A DNA stretch of 52,350 nucleotides from Macrostomum lignano (lineage: Eukaryota), in assembly GCA_002269645.1 (NCBI GenBank), contig NIVC01004267.1:1-52350 (forward strand), written 5' to 3'. Under the pieces are notes generated by a model. That model saw only the letters and a program-made list of their open reading frames with translations. It made no database searches and was not told where the DNA came from. A program made the translations under genes and the position numbers. Numbering within the stretch: position 1 is the first letter of the stretch; each line of letters begins with the position of its first letter. Of the stretch, positions 37,146 through 49,236 are shown piece after piece.

Positions 37146-37766
37146 GTCAACGCAGGAACTATAGCAGATGGCGAAAAATGATGTGAATCAAAGTTTTATA
37201 CCAATGATTAAAACTGCACTGAAAACAACTACGGAGAATAATGTAAAAACTATCTATTATTAATATTTACGTTATTTACACTGAAAATAAATTTTTGCTT
37301 CAATTTAAAGCAGAATCTCTTTTGTTGCTACGTAGCTTTATCTAATAATTCTTTCACTCAAGACAGCTGTTGGAAGTCAACCCTTAAGCCGTATATTAAT
37401 GTCACTGGTCCCTGATTTAATTTAGCTATGATTTATTTCTAGCAAAGTGGGCATACACAGGACATTGAATACAGGAATGAAAAAACTGGAAAATGGTCAG
37501 ACAATCTGGTTAAACAATCGGTGCACACAGATGTCCTCTGTTTATTCAGTCAATTATTTACTTGGCTTTAGAGTTTTAGTTTTCCGATTAGCAATTGACT
37601 AGCAATCTTTGCCCCCCGATGGGGGACATCTGGATAGAACTTCTGTTCTCTACAAGTAAAAAAAACCGCCAAATAGAGTCTTCACAAAGACAACAGAAAA
37701 ACTGCTCAAATGAAGCGCAATGCAAAAAGAAAACATCCCAAGACAGCAAACATCCCCCCCTCCTCC

Positions 37767-37995
37767 CAGATAGCAAGCACCCCCAGGTAGCAAGCACCCC
37801 AAGATAGCAAGCACCCCCAGATAGCAAGCACCCCCAGATAGCAAGCACCCCCAGATAGCAAGCACCCCCAGATAGCAAGCACTCCCAGATAGCAAGCACC
37901 CCCAGATAGCAAGCATCCCTCAGATAGCAAGCATCCCAGATAGAAAGAACCCCCAGATAGCAAGTATCTATCCTTAAATAGCAAGCATCCACCAG
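37767..37995. repeat. 17-bp minisatellite (AGATAGCAAGCACCCCC)n inside the Helitron
   Basis: Tandem copies read directly. Confidence 0.93.
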
Positions 37996-38089
37996 ACAAA
38001 AAGTATATAGTGCAACATTTCCTTTTAGCTTTCTAGGGGCTCCTTTATGATTGGCATGACGCTTCTTATTACGTTTGAAAATGTCTCTC

Positions 38090-41000
38090 CTGTGTTTGAA
38101 ATGGAGACTATTTTATGTTTGAATTGGTGGCTTTTTAATGTTTGGCATGGTGACTCTTTAATGTTCTACATGGTAGCTCTTTAATGTTTGACATCGTGCC
38201 AGTTTTATGTTTGTCATGGTGGCTCCTTAATGTTAGAAACGGTGGCTCTTTAATGTTTGACATGGAGTCACATATATGTTTCACATGGTGGCTCTTCTAT
38301 GTCTAACTTGGTAGCTCTTTTATGTTTGATATCGTGGCTCGTTAATGTTCGACATGGTGGCTCTTTAACGTTCGACATGGTGGCTCTTTAACGTTCGACA
38401 TGGTGGCTCTTTAACGTTCGACATGGTGGCTCTTTAATGTTCGACATGGTGGCTCTTTACTGTTCAACATGCTGGCTCTTTAATGTTTGACATAGTGGCT
38501 CTTTAATGTTTGACATGGTGGCTCTTTTATGTTTGACATAATGGCTCCTTAATGTTAGACATGGTGGCTGTTAATTGTTTGTTATGTAGTCATATGTATA
38601 TGTTTTACATGGTGGCTCTTTTATGTGTGACATGGAGTCACGTATATATTTGACATGGAGTCACATATATGTTACATGGTGGCTCTTTAGTGTTCGATAT
38701 GGTGGCTCTTTAATGTTTGACATGGTGGCTTTTAATGTTCGACATGGTGGCTCTTTAATGTTTGACATGGTGGCTCTTTTGTGTTTGACATGGCTCTTAA
38801 ATGTTTGACATGGTGGCTTTTTTATGCCTGACATAGTGGCTGTTTAATGTTCGACATGGTGGCTCTTTAATGTTTGACATGGTGGCTCTTTTATCCTTGA
38901 CATGGTGGCTCTTTAATGTTCGACATGGTGGCTCTTTAATGTTTGACATGGTGGCTCTTTTATCCTTGACATAATGGCTCTTTAGTGTTTGACATGGCTC
39001 TTTAATTTTTGACATGGTGGCTTTTTAATGTTCGACATTGTGGCTCTTTATTATTTGACATGGTGGCTCTTAGATGTTTGATATAGTGGCTCTTTTATGC
39101 TTGAAATGGTGGCTCTTTAATGTTCGACATGGTGGCTCTCTAGTGTTTCACATGGAGTCACGTGTGTGTTTGACATGGAGTCACGTATATATTTGGCATG
39201 GAGTCACGTATATGCTTTACATGGTGGCTCTTTTATGTTTGACATAGTGGCTCTCTAGTGTTTCACATGGAGTCACGTATGTGTTTGACATGGAGTCACG
39301 TATATATTTGGCATGGAGTCACGTATATGCTTTACATGGTGGCTCTTTTATGTTTGACATAGTGGCTCTTTAATGTTTGACATGGTGGGTCTTTAATGTT
39401 TGACATGGTGGCTTTTAATGTTTGACATAGTGGCTCTTTAATGTCTGACATTGTGGCTCTTTAATGTTCGACATGGTGGCTGTTTAATGTTTGTTATGTA
39501 GTCATATGTATATGTTTTACATGGTGGCTCTTTTATGTGTGACATGGAGTCACGTATATATTTGACATGGAGTCACATATGTTTGACATGGTGGCTCTTT
39601 AGTGTTCGATATGGTGGCTCTTTAATGTTTGACATGGTGGCTCTTTTATGTTTGACATAGTGGCTCTTTAATGTCTGACATGGTGGCTCTTTAATGTTTG
39701 ACATGGTGGCTCTTTTATGTTCGACATGTTGGCTCTTTAGTGTTTGACATGGCTCTTTAATGTTTGACATGGTGGCTCTTTTATGCTTGACATGGTGGCT
39801 CTTTAATGTTCGACATGGTGGCTCTTTAATGTTCAACGTAGTGGCTCTTTAATATTCTACATGGTGGCTCTTTTATGTTTAACATGGTGGCTCTTTAATG
39901 TTCGAAATGGTGGCTCTTTTGTTTTACATGGTGGCTCTTTAATGTTTGGCATGGTGGCTCTTTTTTGTTCGAAATGGTGGCTCTTTTTTGTTCTACATGG
40001 TAACTCTTTTATGTTTGATACGGTGGCTCTTTAATTTTTGACATGGTGGCTCTTTAATGTTCGACATTGTGGCTCTTTATTATTTGACATGGTGGCTCTT
40101 AGATGTTTGATAAAGTGGCTCTTTTATGCTTGAAATGGTGGCTCTTTAATTTTCGACATGGTGGCTCCGTTATGTTTAACATGGTGCTCTTAAATGTTTG
40201 ACATGGTGGCTCTCTAGTGTTTCACATGGAGTCACGTGTGTGTTTGACATGGAGTCACGTATAAATTTGGCATGGAGTCACGTATATGCTTTACATGGTG
40301 GCTCTTTTATGTTTGACATAGTGGCTCTCTAGTGTTTCACATGGAGTCACGTATGTGTTTGACATGGAATCACGTATATATTTGGCATGGAGTCACGTAT
40401 ATGCTTTACATGGTGGCTCTTTTATGTTTGACATAGTGGCTCTTTAATGTTTGACATGGTGGGTCTTTAATGTTTGACATGGTGGCTTTTAATGTTTGAC
40501 ATAGTGGCTCTTTAATGTCTGACATTGTGGCTCTTTAATGTTCGACATGGTGGCTGTTTAATGTTTGTTATGTAGTCATATGTATATGTTTTACATGGTG
40601 GCTCTTTTATGTGTGACATGGAGTCACGTATATATTTGACATGGAGTCACATATGTTTGACATGGTGGCTCTTTAGTGTTCGATATGGTGGCTCTTTAAT
40701 GTTTGACATGGTGGCTCTTTTATGTTTGACATAGTGGCTCTTTAATGTCTGACATGGTGGCTCTTTAATGTTTGACATGGTGGCTCTTTTATGTTCGACA
40801 TGTTGGCTCTTTAGTGTTTGACATGGCTCTTTAATGTTTGACATGGTGGCTCTTTTATGCTTGACATGGTGGCTCTTTAATGTTCGACATGGTGGCTCTT
40901 TAATGTTTGACATGGTGGCTTTTTTATGCTTGACATGGTGGCTCTTTAATGTTTGACATAAAGTCACTTATATGTTTTGCATGGTGCCTCTAAATATTAG

Positions 41001-41990
41001 ACATGGTGGCTCGTTTAGGTTTGACATGTTGGCTCTTTAGTGTTTGACATGGCTCTTTAATGTTTGACATGGTGGCTCTTTTATGCTTGACATGGTGGCT
41101 CTTTAATGTTCGACATGGTGGCTCTTTAATGTTTGACATGGTGGCTTTTTTATGCTTGACATGGTGGCTCTTTAATGTTTGACATAAAGTCACTTATATG
41201 TTTTGCATGGTGCCTCTAAATATTAGACATGGTGGCTCGTTTAGGTTTGACATGTTGGCTCTTTTATGTTTGACATGGTGGCTCTTTTATGTTCGACATG
41301 GTGGCTCTTTTTTGTTCTACATGGTAACTCTTCTATGTTTGATACGGTGGCTTTTTAATATCTGACATTGTGGCTCTTCTATGTTTGACATTGTGGCTCT
41401 TCTATGTTTGACATGGTGGCTCTTCTATGTTTGACATGGTGGCTCTTTAATGTTTGACATTGTGGCTCTTCTATGTTTGACATTGTGGCTCTTCTATGTT
41501 TGACATGGTGGCTCTTTAATGTTTAACATGGTGGCTCTTTAATGTACGACATAAAGGTTCGTTTATGTTCGACATGGTGGCTTTTAGGTTTGACATGGTG
41601 GCTCTTAAATGTTTCACATGATGGCTCTTTAATGTCTTACATGGTGGCTCTTTTATGTTTGACAATGTGGCTCTTTAATGTTTTACATGGCGGCTCTTTT
41701 ATGTTCGAAATGGTGGCTCTTTAATGTTCGACATGGTGGCTCTTTAATGTTTGACATGCTAGCTCTTTAATGTTCGACATAGTGGCTCTTTTACGTTTGA
41801 CATGGTGGCACTTTAATGTTCGACGTGGTGGCTCTTTAATGTTCGAAATGGTGACTCTTTTATGTTTTACATGGTGGCTCTTTAATGTTTGACATAGAGT
41901 CACGTATATGTTTTACATGGTGCCCATGTAATGTTTGACATGGTGCCTCTTTTATGTTTGACATTGTGCTTTTTTATGTTTAGCAGTTTC
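38090..41990. repeat. About 3.9-kb 23-bp satellite (TTTGACATGGTGGCTCTTTAATG)n with higher-order duplications
   Basis: Period of 23. The marker TGTTATGTAGTCATATG recurs at about 38580, 39493 and 40567; AAAGTCACTTATATG at about 40959 and 41186. Confidence 0.97.
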
Positions 41991-42029
41991 GTGTTTTCAA
42001 GGTGTTTTATAAAAAAATTATTTTGCACT

Positions 42030-42095
42030 ACTAAGATTCGAACCCAGGTCGCTACGTTAGCAGTCCAGTCTGTTCGTATCTAGGCTATCTCTTTT
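42030..42095 (-). other. tRNA-like/pol III remnant inside the Helitron
   Basis: Minus strand AGAGATAGCCTAG...GACCTGGGTTCGAATC contains a B-box and a degenerate A-box; no complete cloverleaf. Confidence 0.45.
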
Positions 42096-42639
42096 CAATT
42101 GGAGAACATGAATTGTGGCCCTTATAATTCAATTCTTACAGCAAGTCAATTGGAGTAAAAAGTTATGACATAATCAATTTCTCAGTCAGCCAGTATCAGT
42201 CTCAATTTAAGTTAGCAATATGGTTACGCAATTTAAATCAAGTCGTGTGTGCATTTCTTCGGCACTGTTTTCAACTTGTTGTGATGCAATCTTTATCACA
42301 ATTGGAATTCAGTCAGTCAGTTTTTTCTCTAGCATTCTTACAATGCATTTCAGGTCGAAAGAGCTGCTTGACCTTTGCAAAAAAGCATGTTTTTCGAATA
42401 TTTAATCCCTTTAACATTCAGCAATTTCTTAGCCAAGATGCATGTACCGTCCCAGGAAAATTTCTGATCGAATGGTGCAAGTTTGAAGAAAATCGGTTGA
42501 GCCAATTTTTCTGAAATCTATCGCATACCTACCTACCCACATACAGACAACTCATTTTTAGTATATAGGAAGATTTAGTATATTTAGATAGTAGCTATTT
42601 TACAATCAGGATTTTACAAAAGTTTTTTTGTCTCGTCCC

Positions 42640-43138
42640 CGACTGCTTGGAGCAGCAATACAAGCGTACCTACAGGCTATCGCCAGGGGGCCGTAGCCCA
42701 GCGGTCTAGCGCAGGCTCTGGTGTGCCAGCGACCCAGGCTCGATTCCAAGTGCAGTCACATTAATTTGGGGCTGAATTGGAATCTCGGCTTGGCTCTGCT
42801 CGTGCAATTAACGGCCTTGAGAGCCAACCCCCCCAAGGCACAGTAAAGTGTACATGCCTAACGATAATATAAAGTTAGGGCCGCTGTACACTCCTGTGTG
42901 AGTGTGTGCCTGCGTAACGTATCCGCGCGCTTGTATGCCTGCTCAGGGGAGTCGGCGGAATGGGCAGTAATGCCTCTCGCCGGTTGTGTGCCTATGTCGC
43001 TTAAAGTGCGCCAGGGTGCACACAACCCCCTGCCTCTAATAAAAAAATAAAACAGGCTATCGCCATGAATCCAATATAACTAGCGGCGTTGAAATTGACA
43101 ACGACACACGGACTACACAGAAGCGTCTCTGGTAAAAT
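42640..43138 (+). pseudogene. DEG/ENaC 5' relic (copy 3) split by a SINE
   Basis: GACTGCTTGGAGCAGCAATAC (42641) matches 45780. After removing the SINE, ATG...GCGTTGAAATTGACAACGACACACGGACTACACAGAAGCGTCTCTGGTAAA aligns with MHTLKAALESTTAHGLPRTVSGK. Confidence 0.85.
42686..43051 (+). mobile_element. Complete tRNA-derived SINE (about 366 bp)
   Basis: A-box TAGCCCAGCGG, B-box-like GGCTCGATTCC, A-rich tail AATAAAAAAATAAA, and a perfect 14-bp TSD ACAGGCTATCGCCA (42672-42685 and 43052-43065). Confidence 0.93.
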
Positions 43139-45455
43139 CACGTGGAAAAATTATGCATAAAATACGGTTCGCACTACTAAAGAGGGCAAATACACGAGTA
43201 AAATTTATTAAAATTGCTAAAAAAGGCAAAGTTGCCTATCAAGTCTGTAAAATATTAGCAAAACGGAAATAAGGTGTGTACAAAAGGCGAAATGTACGTG
43301 CTTACAAAAAAGAAATAGCTCATCAAATAGTCAATTCATGCCCCGTAGATTATAAATTCACTGTTACAATTAGTGGTCCCATCGAACCGTATGCTTGTGT
43401 GGCGTAGCGAGTTCGAGATGTAGTTAGCGATTATTTAATTATTTATTTATTGATTTGTTTATTAGTTAGCTAGTTCAATTATTATAGTAGTGTTGACACG
43501 CAGGGAACGAGACAAAGTTACGCCGAGTAGCGGAGAGAACAAAAACGAGCGCGAGCAACAATTTAAATTGGCGGGGGAAACCGATTCATTTAAACCTAAG
43601 ATGTCTATCAAAAAAAGTAGTAATAACTTGGACTTAAATAAATAAAACTTCAAGTACATTTTTTCTAAATAAATTACATTAAATTAATAGCTAGGGAACC
43701 TGCAAATTTATCAACTACAAAAAATTTAAGTAATAAAAACTCACATAGAAACTAAAAATTTAAGATGCTAACGACGTCGTCACACTTGCTTCCATAACCT
43801 GACGTCTGAAATAAAGGTACTGCATTACAGATCGAGTGATGTGCTGGGAGACGTGAAGAGTATAAGACAAGTACTGTTGAATCTTTTTTCGTTGATTTTG
43901 CTCGTTTGCTCAACATCTTCTCACTTCAATAGCAGCAGCACGGCCGAGATTTTATCAAGAGTATGGAAACTGTCCTTGATTCTCCTTGCTCAGACCACCG
44001 TATGCTTGAAATCCATAGATAGCTAGACAGACCAAGGACTACTTAAGTCGAAGGACGGAAAACCTCGTATCGTGGAAAATTTTAAGAGGCGGGTTTTTTC
44101 TGAAGAAAAACACACTACGGAGATAGGAAGTTTTATTGTTCAGCACGAAAATTATTATTGCGATAGTAGACAGATTAAATGTTTATCGTTTGACATGTAG
44201 TGCTTTTTTATAGCTCTATTGATATTCATACATAGAGCTTTTTGTTTGGGAAAAAGGATTCTAGATGTTTATTATTTCTTCTTGTTTATGTTCAATCTTG
44301 TTTGTTTGTTTTCAAATTGTACGAATAGATTTTCTGTGCCCAAAAACCGTTAAAATCACGCTGCTTTTTCATTCTCCAACATTCTCTCGAATATTCTCTC
44401 CTCACTTCTCAAAAAGGTAACTTATCGAGCTAATTATCAATAATTTAAAGCGATAAAGGTTGATAGATGCAGAGCAGTGGGTTTTTTGTGCCCTCTACAA
44501 AACTGAATTATTGGTAGAATTTTGGCGAAAAAAGATGCTTAAGTGAATAGCAATCAGATAGAAGCAGATTTTTTGAAAAATCTCGAAGCCATACATTGGT
44601 GTAGCCAAAGTGAAAAGATCTTGATGCAGACACTTCCGCACAGCTAATTGCAGCAAATGTGAGAGTGTCCACTAATTCCCTAATCCATTAGGGTATATAG
44701 ACAATTTCAAACTGTGCATTGCGTTTCCATGGAAAATTTGAAAAACGATTAGTAGTATAAACCCATTAGCTAGAGCTCTTTGATTTGTATCTTGTATCTT
44801 AGTATTAAAGATATCTTGGTTTTGTGATGTTTACACAGGTGGTGCGCTTTGACATGGAGCATCTCTCCGACACAGAGCTAGCCACAGCTAAAATCAGTAC
44901 ACTTGTAGCTGCAGAGAGTCAACAAAACCCAGAGAAATCGACCAGATTGCAGCAGGTTAAAGACGGGAAGAAATTGTCTGCTGAGAATTTCGCTGGGGTA
45001 ATTATGGCTTAGTTTAATTAGTATGTTGCTGAGATGAATGATGCCCGAACCTGCGAGTATTTTCATTGTCATTTTCATTGCCTGCGAGAGCAACAAGTGC
45101 ATGGTCTTAGGTGACTTTTCGAGTTATTTAGGAGCATCACTGGAAAATGACGAAAAATGCTAATAATGATAAAAAACCAAGCTAGAAAATATCGATTATT
45201 CGTATTTTAAAATGACTTTTTCGAATATTATCTAGCAGCATCTCGCATCTCCGAACAAATTAGTTACTTTTTATCAAACTTACACTAATTTCTGTGGTAG
45301 CTAAGTTTCTTAATCGTTCTCTACTGAATTTACTAAAGTACGAGTTAATTTAGCTCGTAGCTTTATCTAGAAATATCTACTACAAAAATAGCATACGTAT
45401 ATCAGGAACCACTCAAATTTTATCTGCGCATAGCTTATGCTTACTTTTTCCAGTA
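43139..45455. mobile_element. Possible decayed CACTA/EnSpm-like DNA transposon
   Basis: Imperfect TIRs CACGTGGAAAAATTATGCATAA vs (revcomp) TACTGGAAAAAGTAAGCATAA. A stop-ridden minus-strand stretch near 43820-44030 reads YTLHVSQHITRSVMQY, resembling the EnSpm YNVHxLxHLxxSV motif. No TSD confirmed. Confidence 0.4.
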
Positions 45456-45831
45456 TATTGACGGAGGGGTTGTCCTGTATTGTAAGCCTGAATTGTCGAT
45501 TACGTAGCTACATGCAAACAAAAACTATTTATGCAAATCAGAGCCTGTGAAAGAGGTAGAAAGCCATTTGATTTTTATGTGCACACGGCACCCAATGTTT
45601 AATCAGTTGATTTCTTTCCATGGCCATAACCGGTTTTTTATTTGTTTTACTTTTCCAATAGCCTTCAATTGATTACTTTCTCCAAAATAACCAATGCTGG
45701 AAAGGTTTGAGCAGAACAGTAAAAACCGGCTCACCACCGCACGAAGCAGGTTTTAAAAACGTTTTCTTGTCAAGTCCCTGACTGCTTGGAGCAGCAATAC
45801 GAGCGTGACAGAGCGTACCCGCAGGCTCGTA

Positions 45832-47466
45832 ATGCATACACTGAAAGCAGCGTTGGAATCGACAACGGCTCACGGACTTCCCAGAACCGTCTCTGGAAAG
45901 CCGATTTATGTACGCGTCGGTTGGCTACTGCTTTACCTCGCTATGCTGGGCCTCTTTCTAAAAGGATTCTCCGACTTTATTATCAAACTGCAGGCTCAGC
46001 AGGTCACATCGACTTTGGAGGCTAACCAGGTAGAGTTTCAATTTCCAGATCTTTACGTCTGCCTCGAGAACCCAATATCGTCAAGTTACTCCAGCCAGAT
46101 TGACAATAAAATGGTCAACTCAGCGCTTTCATCAGGACTCTATCACCTTTATGCAGATTACATGGCTATGGGAAAGGACGATCTCACAGCAAGAAGCTAT
46201 ATAAAAAATCTCTCAGGGTTGCTGCCGCAGTCTGCTCCGTATACTTTCCTGGCAGACAAGCTTGGTCACAGAGCCGAGCAAACAGTCATTGAAAGCTACG
46301 CCATCTACAAACATGATTCTGGTTTACCTGGATATGAAGCCCTGCAGCCACAAGCCTACTACGACCCAAACTTTCTTCGCTGCCAAAAGTGGAAACTGAG
46401 CAGTGACTTGCAGAAAAAAATCTCACGAGGTGGCTCCAACTCAGGACTAATTCTCACTCTGTTTGTTGACACGGGTTTCCCAGCAGTCAGAATCGACTCT
46501 GGCGTGTTCATCTTTGGTGCCCCGATTCCCCTGTCTGACTGGCCATTGTCGGAGCTCAGTTTGATCAGCACGGACAGGCGGTCTGGTGCTCGAGTGTTCC
46601 TCACCCAGCCAGGAGAAATTCCCTCAGACTTTGTGAAGTCATTCTCTTTGGATGCAGCCAAGTATCACACCGTTTTAATTGGGATGACGCAGCACGTGTA
46701 CAAAGAAGGCCAGTTTGACGACTGTCTGAGCGAATCTGCAGATGTTCAGTTTGTGAATTTTTAAGATCAAACGCCCAGCAATTATTCGTACAGCTATTCG
46801 TATTGCTACTACTATGAGTACCATAGGCAGTACCAGTCGATAATAAACTCGTCTGGTTTGCAGTCACCTCTGCCATGGCCGTTGAGAGGAAAGCCCTTCG
46901 CTTATAACTTTTCCGTTGTATCAATTGCTGACCTGATGAGACTTGAATCAAATGCTTCGATAGTACAGCGGGTTAATAGGATTGAGGTGGAAGCACAAAA
47001 ATTTTGCAAGACAAAGCGTCCATGCAGCCTGATGGACTACAGCATCAGCATCTCCAGTGCCGATTGGCCTACACAAAGCTCGGCTGAATCGTTTCTTCAA
47101 ACTTCGGTGAAGCTGGCTCAGCTAAATGCTCAAGCTAAAAATCAGAGCGTCCCGGCTCTCGACTACCTATTGAACAACTATTCAACAAGCGACTTTGCCT
47201 CCTACGTTGGCAGTAATCTGTTGAAAGTGCACTTTAAACCGGAGCGCGTATTCTGCGACAGAGTGACATTCTCCAAAGATTACAGGCTTTCCGACTTCAT
47301 CTCGGACGTTGGCGGCATAATGGGCGTGTATCTGGGCATGTCCCTGCTGACCCTGTGCGAGCTGCTGGAACTTGTGCACGATGTCGCTTTCGGACGGAAA
47401 AGTCGGGTGACCAGTCTGCAAAACAATGACGATCTGTCAGCGGAAGTTAAGGCGACGGGTACTTGA
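45832..47466 (+). pseudogene. DEG/ENaC subunit (copy 4), 544 codons with one in-frame TAA at 46762-46764 (recent pseudogene, null allele or sequencing error)
   Basis: ORFs 45805-46764 and 46858-47466 share a frame, and the intervening 31 codons (DQTPSNYSYSYSYCYYYEYH..) align with copy 2. HG motif, FPDLYVC, WPT and FISDVGGIMGVYLGMSLLTLCE are intact. Confidence 0.88.
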
Positions 47467-49236
47467 TACTGGAAACTGAATCACCAATCAAAAACTGTTG
47501 GTCTTTTATTTTCTAAGCCTTATTTTACCATATCTGAGTTACTTTGTAATACGCTCACGTCTATAGCCAACACCTTTGATCAGTCAGTGTAGCAAGCTTT
47601 TTTAACAGGCCACACACAGCACGGTCATCTTCATTGACAGTGATTGATTGGTTATCAAATATTATTTTTAATGTTTTCCATAGCAGTACTTAAGAAGAAG
47701 AAATCTGATGTTTTCTTTTGTTGTTGCAGAAAATTTGGATGGTATTTTTTCATTTTAATTCTCTTTGTCGAAACAGCTATTTGATTTTATTCTCATGTCT
47801 CTGCAATTTTTCTGTAAGGAAGCAAAAATCTGCTGGACTCGATCTTTTTAACATCTAATTTTCACAGTATCACGATTAATATTAACATTTTATCATTTCA
47901 AGTTGTATCGACCCATGGCAATTTCTTTTGAAATATACTCCTTTTTTCTGTCGATAACGAAGAGCTAAACATTCGTCTTCAGATAATCTAACGTTATATC
48001 GATTGCTCAAGATTGCGTAAGGCCGTCCAAGCATAGTCTCAGGCAGCTGTTCCTTTATTTAGCTTCTATTTATCTGTAGATTTCATAGAGGCGCAACGTC
48101 TTTGTCAGAAGACGTTACCAAAGAAACGTCGATTCAATGCAAATTCCATCACAGACAGTACCTAGACGGCCTTTAAAATGCTCAGTCTTGAGAGTTTATT
48201 TCTAGCCTTACGACTTCTTTAATGATTCTGGTGTTTAATATCTAGCGGAATCTGATGGATACTATTGAAAATAGACTACTTAACTTGATTTTTTTAAACA
48301 GTCCTTGTTCGATGGCCTCATAACAAAAACATGTACCAGTACCCGCAAATTAGATTCAAAAATATTTTCTTTGTTTAGTTCTAGGTTTCTGTTAAGAATT
48401 TTAGGAACAGAACAGAACAGAACTTTAGGTTTCTGTTAAACTCATGCCATCTAAATGTAGCAGGAGAAGCAGTTAATATCTTATAACTATAAACAACGTC
48501 GCGAATTTTACCAACCAAAAAGAGAACACGACGCCATTCGAGCTCACTGCAAACGACGGTTCAACCCAAGTCAGCATATGCAGGGGAGATTCAGAAGTTA
48601 GCGGTGGCTTCGTTTGCTTGCATCGGAGGCTCATTCTGCAATGCATTCAGCTTGTCTCGGCGTTACGGGCAGCGGCATCGTTTAATTCGTGCAGCCTAGT
48701 GGAGATAACTGGCCACGAATCGGGTATTGAGACCGATAGGTGAAAAAAGTGCGGGGTTTAGTGTAATTGAATCAAAGGAGTAACTAGTTTCTAATGATCC
48801 ATGTCGGATAATTGAAGATTCTAGGTACGTTTAGGAACTAGATTGAGTACAATGGCTGAGTGAAGTTAATGGGTTATGGGATTTCGGCCATTGGGTGGCT
48901 GACCTTTGTATGTGAATTATGAAAACGACCTGGGTAGAAAAATTCCCGGATGAATTCATAAAGCAAATATCGTAAATTGGCGTTGCAGGTATAGTTATGT
49001 TGATTAATGGACTATATTGCAATACATAGCCGTTTCGTGTTTACACAGTTCTCTAGTCTCTCCATTAATTATCCGAAAATTAGAGATGAGCACTTTGATG
49101 ACAGCCAAATTAGATAGTGTATGCTCTGGGCCATTGCTTGCCGTGACAACAAAGCAGATAAAAAAGAATCCGTTGAAAGAAAATGCTCCCTGCAAATCCA
49201 ATGCAACTGGTCCTTGCGAAAACAAATACAGACGTC

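Larger units (their letters stand above)
37599..42573 (-). mobile_element. Non-autonomous Helitron-like element (about 5 kb) filled with satellites
   Basis: On the minus strand: host A|TCTTCCTATATACTAAAAATGAGTTGTCTGTATG.. at the 5' end, and a GC hairpin TGTCCCCCATCGGGGGGCA followed by CTAG|T at the 3' end. No TSD, as expected for Helitrons. Confidence 0.75.

Noticed and set aside
38090-41990. CRISPR-like array
   Set aside because: Head-to-tail repeats without unique spacers, eukaryotic context and no cas genes.
42686-42760. tRNA gene (also at 34103)
   Set aside because: No full cloverleaf; continuous with a body, A-tail and TSD, so it is a SINE head.
44830-45110. Exon-like stretch after TTTACACAG (VVRFDMEHLSD...)
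   Set aside because: In-frame stops, lies within a probable transposon, and no family could be assigned.
46753-46765. Mini-intron GTGAATTTTTAAG removing the stop codon
   Set aside because: 13 nt is too short, and splicing would shift the frame.
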